Positions 21,219 through 27,281 of a stretch of DNA of 32,509 bases are shown here, piece after piece; position 1 is the first letter of the stretch; the number at the start of each line of letters is the position of its first letter. The position numbers were made by a program, and so were the translations under genes. Source of the DNA: a virus; IMG/VR virus record IMGVR_UViG_3300045988_111917; one strand, written 5' to 3'. A model generated the notes under the pieces. The model saw nothing but the letters and a program-made list of their open reading frames with translations, was not told the origin of the DNA and did no database searches.

Positions 21219-22081
21219 CACTCACCATCGTGGACGAACAGGCAATCTCATTCCCATGGATTGAACTCGTCAAGAACGCATACGCCATGCGCGTGCGCGT
21301 CACCAACTTCAGCGCGGTCGGCAAACGCAGCTTCACCCGCATCCTCTCAAAAGCGGTCGGCGGCGTCAACTCCTACTTCCTCATGCAGGACGGCGACCCG
21401 CTCAGCACCGATTACCTCCAATCCGCAGACCTGCAGTTGGACAAGGTGGCCGCGGTAGGCTTGGATGGACGCTGCTATGACGAGAACGCCGATGAAATCG
21501 ACGAAAACCTACGATGCCTCACTCTCAGCCACGCGCCAGTCACCAACCAAGCCGTGCTGTTGGCGCAGCGTGCCATGGTCATCGAAGGACTCATCTCCCA
21601 AAACCTCGAACATCTCATGCTGCCCGAACCCGTCGTGGTCGGTACCTCACCCGATGTGGTAATCAAGGCAGACCCGAACAAGAATCCAGCCAACTGGACG
21701 AAATTTGACGCCAACGACGACCATGACACCATCGTCCGGCCGGAAGTCAAACGACTCAGCCAGTGGGATAACGGACAGCTCAAAACGCTCCTGCAAAACA
21801 CGGCGTTGAGCTTCCAGATGGAAACCGGACTCCCCCCGCAGGACGCGCAGATTCTGGACACGCTCGGAGCGACCACCCAATCGTTGGTGTCGAACCGTGA
21901 GAGTTTCGTTAGCCGCATCTACGTCATAAAACAGGATTTGAACGCTGTGTTCGAGCCATTGGGTATCACGTTGGACTACGAGCTGACGTTCCCGCAGACC
22001 GCGCAGGACATCGCATCCATCGGCGACGCCTACGGCAAGGGCGCTGACGCCGACATTCTCAAGAAGTATCAGGTGGTGTGA
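21215..22081 (+). CDS. Putative portal protein (unusually small, 288 aa)
   Basis: It is the only unassigned protein over 200 aa in the morphogenesis arm, and it lies immediately upstream of TerL. No motif was recognised with confidence. Confidence 0.4.
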   Translation: MTLTIVDEQAISFPWIELVKNAYAMRVRVTNFSAVGKRSFTRILSKAVGGVNSYFLMQDGDPLSTDYLQSADLQLDKVAAVGLDGRCYDENADEIDENLRCLTLSHAPVTNQAVLLAQRAMVIEGLISQNLEHLMLPEPVVVGTSPDVVIKADPNKNPANWTKFDANDDHDTIVRPEVKRLSQWDNGQLKTLLQNTALSFQMETGLPPQDAQILDTLGATTQSLVSNRESFVSRIYVIKQDLNAVFEPLGITLDYELTFPQTAQDIASIGDAYGKGADADILKKYQVV

Positions 22082-22082
22082 C

Positions 22083-23531
22083 ATGCTGGTGAAGAATCCA
22101 AATTGGAGGGCGAACGTCCGTCCCACATCCGACGTGGCAATCATGGCCGCGGAATACGTGAACTGGGGTCGCGGAAACGCAATCCTCCCGTTCCAAGTCG
22201 AATTTCTCAACAACGCCTTCCAACGCAAGAAGGACGGCACTTGGAAATACAAGCGTGTCGCATTGAACATGCCGCGTCAGAACGGCAAGACCAAAATCCT
22301 CACCGCCCCAATACTCTTCTATCTGTTCGTGCTCGGACTGAACGTGCTCGTCACCGCGCATGAGCAGATTGCGGCCAACAAAATCATGGAGGATTTGAAA
22401 GACGCCATCGATTCGAATCCCGAACTGAAAGCCGAAGTCACGCATTTCAGTACCACCATGGGACGCGAGCGCCTACAGTTGAAGAACGGCGCGTTCGTCC
22501 GGTTCCGCTCCCGCAAGAGCGCTTCCGCAGGCATGGGCGGCACGTTCGATTTGGTTATCTTCGACGAGGCACAGGAACTCCGCTCCGAATACGAGGCGAT
22601 GATTACCAAGACGTTGAAGACGCGTCGCATGGCGATGATAATCTACACCGGCACGCCGTTCCTCCCCTCGTCCATCGGCGACACGTTCAACGTGTTCCTT
22701 GACAACGCCGAAAACGACGACATGGCGTATGCGGTGCGCTACGGCGTCGATGACGAGACGGCGGACATCGAGGATGAGCAGTTGTGGGCGCTCACCAACC
22801 CGCTCTATCCGGATGTGATTCCACGTGAAGCGTTCCTCACCGACGTGGCGATAGCCAAACAGGGCGGCGCGGACGGCCTCATCGACTTCCGTATCCAAGA
22901 CTTAGGCCTGTGGTGGGCGGACAGTATTCCTCCGGCAATCCCGATGGACTTGTGGGACAGCGCATACTCCGACCTCCAACATGACCGCGACACGCTCGTC
23001 TACGCGCTCACCTTCGACCCGACAACCAGCACCCTCGCCCTGTCCGTGGCTGCCAACACCGAAGAGGTCACGGTCGGCTCGCAGCATTACGACAAGTGGG
23101 CGTACATCATCGGCGAAATCGTGGACGAACGCCCCACCACCGAATCATGGCAGTGGGTGGTTGACGAGCTGAAGACGCGTCCACGCAAGACCACGCTCAT
23201 CTTGGACGCTGGCGGATTGAACAATCCGATAAGGGACATGCTTCCGCGTGGGTTGAACGTCATCCAATTGACCGGTACCGAGTTCCTCGCCTCGCAGCAG
23301 GGATTCCTCGACCTGCTGAACGAGGGACGGTTCAAACATACAAACAACCCGCAGCTGACCGCCGAAGTGCAGAACGCGCAGAAGCTCAAATCCGGTTCGG
23401 ATGACCAGTGGAAGTTCGCGCCGATACGCAAGACCGAAACCACGGCCGGTTTGAAGGGCGTCAGCATCGCCGCATGGTATCGCGGCGTTAACCGTCCGAA
23501 GGAACGCAAGGTCAGGGAGGTGATTGCCTGA
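22083..23531 (+). CDS. terL: Terminase large subunit
   Basis: Walker A MPRQNGKT, Walker B FDLVIFDEAQE, coupling motif YTGTP, and a C-terminal nuclease-size domain. 482 aa. Confidence 0.9.
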   Translation: MLVKNPNWRANVRPTSDVAIMAAEYVNWGRGNAILPFQVEFLNNAFQRKKDGTWKYKRVALNMPRQNGKTKILTAPILFYLFVLGLNVLVTAHEQIAANKIMEDLKDAIDSNPELKAEVTHFSTTMGRERLQLKNGAFVRFRSRKSASAGMGGTFDLVIFDEAQELRSEYEAMITKTLKTRRMAMIIYTGTPFLPSSIGDTFNVFLDNAENDDMAYAVRYGVDDETADIEDEQLWALTNPLYPDVIPREAFLTDVAIAKQGGADGLIDFRIQDLGLWWADSIPPAIPMDLWDSAYSDLQHDRDTLVYALTFDPTTSTLALSVAANTEEVTVGSQHYDKWAYIIGEIVDERPTTESWQWVVDELKTRPRKTTLILDAGGLNNPIRDMLPRGLNVIQLTGTEFLASQQGFLDLLNEGRFKHTNNPQLTAEVQNAQKLKSGSDDQWKFAPIRKTETTAGLKGVSIAAWYRGVNRPKERKVREVIA

Positions 23532-23815
23532 TGGGCAAGGATACGGGACTCTACCATCGGAATCGCGCCATCCTCCGCGAACGCACCAAACGGACTGGAG
23601 CGCCCTGCTATTATTGCGGCGCACCTTTCTACTGGGGCCGTAACACAGCGCATCCGTTGGCGTTCACCGCAGACCATGTGATACCGCGTGCCGCTGGTGG
23701 AAGCGACAGGATGGACAATCTCGTTCCGGCGCACATGCAATGCAATCGCGCCAAGTCTGACCATATAGCAAGTCCGGCGACACGCCGAACGCGAACTGCG
23801 ACGAGAAGGTGGTAG
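23531..23815 (+). CDS. HNH endonuclease (packaging-associated)
   Basis: CYYCG ... DHVIPRAAGGSDRMDNLVPAHMQCNRAKSD. The ATG overlaps the TerL stop. Confidence 0.9.
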   Translation: MGKDTGLYHRNRAILRERTKRTGAPCYYCGAPFYWGRNTAHPLAFTADHVIPRAAGGSDRMDNLVPAHMQCNRAKSDHIASPATRRTRTATRRW

Positions 23816-23872
23816 AATAAATACCGTTACGCAGCAATGTGTAGCTTCTCTCTTGTGATTCTGGTTTGCACG

Positions 23873-23915
23873 CACCCCGTTTGACGAAAGTCAGACGGGG
23901 TGTTATGCTGTGTCT
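23873..23915 (+). terminator. Terminator-like hairpin with GAAA tetraloop after HNH; it overlaps a candidate promoter TTGACG-17-TATGCT
   Basis: CACCCCGTTTGAC (23873-23885) gaaa GTCAGACGGGGTG (23890-23902), then TTATGCTGTGTCTT. -35 TTGACG 23881-23886, -10 TATGCT 23904-23909. Confidence 0.55.
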
Positions 23916-24149
23916 TAGAGATGGTCGGCAGACGATTAGAGCAGCTTCGTCCACCATGCCAAGACCGACCGTCTCCCCAAAAATGTACTGACTTGAACCG
24001 CCCCAGCACAGTCGTTAAACAATGCAGGGCATACCCACTGGCGACGGTGGGGTCGAGGCGCACACAGCCGGAAACAATCGTGGTAGAGGCCGAGTCGGGG
24101 CCGCAATGCAGAAGGCCGACACCATCCACCTCAACCACGAAAGGCAGTC

Positions 24150-25193
24150 ATGTCCCTAGCGACAATCGAACTGAAGCCGGGCTTCGTTGACCGCAAGCTG
24201 ATTTCCAACCAGCCCGCGGCCGGAGCCATCGCAAGGATTTCCAACAGCACTCCAATCGACCTCATCGGCACGCAGATGCAGACCATCGACTTCTCCGGCG
24301 AAATGGGCATCTTCGGCGAAGGCGCCACCGGCGAAACCGACGCCGAAAAGAAGAAGAAGTCAAATGACGCCACCAACGGTGTCGTGACCATCAACCCAAT
24401 CACCTTCTATATCAGCTACCGTTTCCCGAAGAAGTTCCTTCAGCTGTTCGGCGTTGACGGCGCCTACAATCCGACCGACGCCACCTTCCGCGCCGGTTCG
24501 CCGCAGACCATGCTTCAGAGCATCCTCGCGCAGCCATATCAGGCCGGAATCCTCGACCAGTACCGCACGTATGTGAACCGTGCAATCAGCCGCGCACTCG
24601 ACTTCGCCCCCATCTTCGGCGTCAACCCGGCCACCAAGGCCGCGTCCACCGTCGCACGCACCAACGGATACGTGCTCGATCAGGCCGGAGACATCGACTA
24701 CACTCCGGGCACCGGAGCGGAAGCCGCCACCGCGTTCAAGCAGGCCGTGCGACAGGTCGCCGCACAGGGCGACGCGTCCGCGCAGGGCGTCACCACCTCC
24801 GCATACCTGGCTGCAATCGGCGATGGCCTCACCACCATCGGCACGCCGACCCAGTATGCCGCCGACGTTCCGCTCATCGGCAACATGGTCAACCTCGGCG
24901 GCGTCACCCTCGCAGCCTCCAACACCGTGTCCGACACCGCGGCGGCCACCGGCTCCGGCCAGCTGGGCGAGAAGGTGCTCGATGCGGTCATCGGCGACTT
25001 CGCCAACCGTTTCGTCTGGGGCGCCATCCCGCTGTCCGGCATCGAAGTGTTCGACTCCGGCAACCCGGACAATTCCACAGAAGGCGACTTGGGCGCAGTC
25101 AACAAGGTGATGCTCCGCACCGAAGTCGCAATCGGCTGGGGCTTCATCGGCGGGACCAGCAAGTTCTACGCCATCACCCACGCCACCGCGTGA
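24150..25193 (+). CDS. Major capsid protein (HK97 fold, no delta domain)
   Basis: 347 aa. Overall Phage_capsid-like pattern with C-terminal NKVMLRTEVAIGWGFIGG. Ala/Gly/Thr-rich and evidently highly expressed. Confidence 0.85.
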   Translation: MSLATIELKPGFVDRKLISNQPAAGAIARISNSTPIDLIGTQMQTIDFSGEMGIFGEGATGETDAEKKKKSNDATNGVVTINPITFYISYRFPKKFLQLFGVDGAYNPTDATFRAGSPQTMLQSILAQPYQAGILDQYRTYVNRAISRALDFAPIFGVNPATKAASTVARTNGYVLDQAGDIDYTPGTGAEAATAFKQAVRQVAAQGDASAQGVTTSAYLAAIGDGLTTIGTPTQYAADVPLIGNMVNLGGVTLAASNTVSDTAAATGSGQLGEKVLDAVIGDFANRFVWGAIPLSGIEVFDSGNPDNSTEGDLGAVNKVMLRTEVAIGWGFIGGTSKFYAITHATA

Positions 25194-25207
25194 CATTATT
25201 CGCACAC

Positions 25208-25231
25208 ATGGGCGGCGGCGACGCCGCCCAT
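25208..25231 (+). promoter_or_regulatory. Stable hairpin between the capsid and tail-tube genes (attenuator or mRNA stabiliser?)
   Basis: ATGGGCGGCG gcga CGCCGCCCAT: 10-bp stem, GNRA-type loop, no U tract. Confidence 0.4.
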
Positions 25232-25266
25232 CCACTGATTGAACGCTAACAACGAAAGGAATTGAG

Positions 25267-25863
25267 ATGGGCGCAAAGCAGTCTTCCGCAAACGTGACAT
25301 TCTCGAAGCCGGGTACTAGTGCCAACAAGTCCGGCTATATTTGGGTCGCCCCACTGGGCACCGCAATCCCCACCGACGCCACCTCCGAACTGGACGCGGC
25401 GTTCGTCGGCCTTGGCTATCTGTCCGAAGACGGTCTGACCGAACCGGCATCCCTCTCCGCGGGTGACGATATTGTGGCCGCCGGTGGCGATACGGTCGCA
25501 CAGGCTGACCCGACGTTCTCCAAGACGTGGACGGGTACTTGCATCGAAGCCCTGAACGAAGACCTGCTTAAGGTCGCATACGGCTCCGCCAACGTGACGG
25601 TCGAACAGGCATCCTCGTCAAAGGATGGCTCTATCACCGTCAAGGAACAGGCCAGCGAACTGGAGCATCACGTCATCGTCATCGACGAAATGTTGAAGGG
25701 CGGACGCAGGCGCCGTAACGTGATGGCGGACGCCACCTTCCTCATCACCGGCGACATCAGCCACGTGCATACGGCTCTCGTGAACTTCGAGTTCACCATC
25801 AACGCCTATCCGACCGCCACCGCTCCGGCTCAGACCCAGTACATCACCATCCCAAAAGCGTAA
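25267..25863 (+). CDS. Major tail (tail tube) protein
   Basis: 198 aa. YIWVAPLGTAIPTDA...GLGYLSEDGLT is typical of siphovirus tube proteins. Follows the capsid gene and precedes the chaperones. Confidence 0.85.
   Translation: MGAKQSSANVTFSKPGTSANKSGYIWVAPLGTAIPTDATSELDAAFVGLGYLSEDGLTEPASLSAGDDIVAAGGDTVAQADPTFSKTWTGTCIEALNEDLLKVAYGSANVTVEQASSSKDGSITVKEQASELEHHVIVIDEMLKGGRRRRNVMADATFLITGDISHVHTALVNFEFTINAYPTATAPAQTQYITIPKA
25851..25857 (+). promoter_or_regulatory. Candidate -1 programmed frameshift heptamer C CCA AAA at the end of the tail-tube gene
   Basis: X XXY YYZ in the correct phase, 4 nt before TAA. The -1 frame is open for 116 codons beyond it. Confidence 0.6.
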
Positions 25864-26207
25864 GCTCTCCAAATCCGACGCTGACAGTCACCGTATCCGA
25901 TGGTACGGTGGCTGAAGATGGTGCGATGTGGGTGGTCGGCGACTGGGGGCAAGCCTCGCCATGGTCACGCGATACCGGCGTGAAGATGGTCAAGGGCGAG
26001 AATGATGTCTATACTGGCGAACTTTCCCTTCCGAAGGGTACCAAGTTCGACATCAAGATCCTGAAGTCCACGGTCTCCACGACGAGCGGCGGCGATAATA
26101 CTTGGTCCGCGGTCGGGTATGCCAGCACTCTGAACACGTCCACTTCACATGGCTTTGGAGAGTTTACCGACAATCTGATTCCAAACGGCAACTTCGACGA
26201 AGGATAG
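25857..26207 (+). CDS. -1 frame C-terminal extension of the tail-tube protein: linker plus CBM20/25-like beta-sandwich
   Basis: SVSSPNPTLTVTVSDGTVAEDGAMWVVGDWGQASPW...VKMVKGENDVYTGELSLPKGTKFDIKILKS. In-frame starts (GTG 25908, ATG 25926) lack an SD and would truncate the first strand. Confidence 0.55.
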   Translation, partial: SVSSPNPTLTVTVSDGTVAEDGAMWVVGDWGQASPWSRDTGVKMVKGENDVYTGELSLPKGTKFDIKILKSTVSTTSGGDNTWSAVGYASTLNTSTSHGFGEFTDNLIPNGNFDEG

Positions 26208-26600
26208 GTGAAATGGACGCCGGCCGAAGCGATTAGAGAAGTTAGTAGTTCACAAAGTGGCAAAAATGTATTATCGCTCGGAGGTAATTCAGACATTACA
26301 TCATGTTCTTCTGATGTATTCACCATTCCACCGGGCCAGACATTGCGGTTCAGCGGGTATCTGCTTACTCATCATCCGCCTGTTAAGGGTGTTGTCGAGA
26401 TGAAGATTGTCACCCCTCAACAGCAAACACTGTTTGAGTTTAGCGTTAACGCTGGAGGTGACAGCACTTACCATCAGTTCAGTAAGACATTCAAGAGCAT
26501 GGATGTGCCAATTGACTGCCGGATTGTGTTGTCGAATGCTACCGTTGGTAAATGGTACGAACATGCGCTCTTCGATTCACTCTCGCTTGTCAGCCCGTAA
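26208..26600 (+). CDS. CBM_4_9 / galactose-binding-like jelly-roll module, same frame as 25857..26207, separated from it only by TAG
   Basis: VKWTPAEA...GKNVLSLGG...FTIPPGQTLRFSGYLLT...CRIVLSNATVGKWYEHALFDSLSLV. The opening NGNFDEG strand lies upstream of the TAG. GC is about 43 percent. Confidence 0.5.
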   Translation: MKWTPAEAIREVSSSQSGKNVLSLGGNSDITSCSSDVFTIPPGQTLRFSGYLLTHHPPVKGVVEMKIVTPQQQTLFEFSVNAGGDSTYHQFSKTFKSMDVPIDCRIVLSNATVGKWYEHALFDSLSLVSP

Positions 26601-26617
26601 TGTGATGACAGGGCACA

Positions 26618-26668
26618 CACCCCACGCCAAGACATAGTTATGCCCTTGGCGTGGGGTATCCTTATATA
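26618..26668 (+). terminator. Terminator-like hairpin closing the capsid/tail-tube unit
   Basis: ACCCCACGCCAAG (26618-26630) / CTTGGCGTGGGGT (26644-26656): 13-bp stem, 13-nt loop, then ATCCTTATATA. Confidence 0.55.
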
Positions 26669-26691
26669 GAAAGACAACGAAAGGAAATCCA

Positions 26692-26976
26692 ATGGCAAAA
26701 CGCAAGCCCACCATCACCGCAGAAGACTTCAACGACAATTGGGGCGACGCCTACGCGAAACTCCTCCGCAACCGAAAATTCCAACAGGCCATCCACTCCG
26801 AAAAAGTCGAAGACGGCGTGGAAACCATCTGGCTCGTAGACAAGCTCATGCGCGGCGTGCTGAAGGAAAACAAGTACGAAGCGGTTATGAACGCATTCGA
26901 CGATGACGTGCTCGACGCATGGGAATACCTCTCGGGAAAATTGCCAGCGCTTTTGGATTCACAGTCGAAAGACTGA
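26692..26976 (+). CDS. Tail assembly chaperone (gpG-like)
   Basis: 94 aa, immediately upstream of the TMP. Contains the slippery site near its 3' end. Confidence 0.8.
   Translation: MAKRKPTITAEDFNDNWGDAYAKLLRNRKFQQAIHSEKVEDGVETIWLVDKLMRGVLKENKYEAVMNAFDDDVLDAWEYLSGKLPALLDSQSKD
26934..26940 (+). promoter_or_regulatory. -1 programmed frameshift heptamer G GGA AAA (chaperone G/GT)
   Basis: Correct phase (TCG GGA AAA TTG). The -1 frame is open through to TAG 27279-27281, abutting the TMP start. Confidence 0.8.
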
Positions 26977-27281
26977 CCTACGCGATAAACCCCGACCAGT
27001 GGGACAGCCAAATCTTGGCCGATTTCGCAAGCCAATACGGCAGTCCCAAAAACTACACCATCATAGAGAGAGCCAAGCTCATAGGCACGTTCGGAGCGAC
27101 GGCACGACTCTTGGATATCATTCAACAGTCAACGCTCGCCCCCTACTCCGGCAAGGGCAGGAAACCGAAAAGCGTGTTGCCGGAAAACCGGAAGAACACC
27201 AAAACGGAGGATTATGAACTAGATTCGATGAACACCGAAGACATCAACAAGGCGTTGGGTCTTCACCGAAAGGAATGGTAG
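26940..27281 (+). CDS. Tail assembly chaperone, frameshifted extension (gpGT-like fusion 26692..26940 + 26940..27281)
   Basis: The -1 frame reads IASAFGFTVERLTYAINPDQW.... This is the conserved G/GT arrangement of long-tailed phages. Confidence 0.8.
   Translation: MASAFGFTVERLTYAINPDQWDSQILADFASQYGSPKNYTIIERAKLIGTFGATARLLDIIQQSTLAPYSGKGRKPKSVLPENRKNTKTEDYELDSMNTEDINKALGLHRKEW

Noticed and set aside
20907-22081. Normal-sized portal produced by frameshifting from 20907..21218 into 21215..22081
   Set aside because: The target frame is open upstream only to 21026, and there it reads as low-complexity text (PRILYEHGKQRAEKLRQLHAAAHDHDQ...). No slippery heptamer lies in the overlap. The ATGA junction looks like ordinary translational coupling.
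23900-24190. 96-aa ORF (+) and 103-aa ORF (-) in the HNH-capsid gap
   Set aside because: The plus ORF runs into the capsid start in another frame. Both lack an SD and have Arg/Pro/Ser-rich composition. The region is better explained by a hairpin, a promoter, and a leader or cos function.
26205-26207. Genome-wide TAG reassignment (alternative genetic code) as the explanation for the in-frame amber codon
   Set aside because: TAG ends several well-defined genes, each directly followed or overlapped by the next gene start: the fibre (1605), the TM protein (2992), the endolysin (4186, followed by a terminator), HNH (23813) and the chaperone GT (27279). No other gene appears interrupted by TAG.
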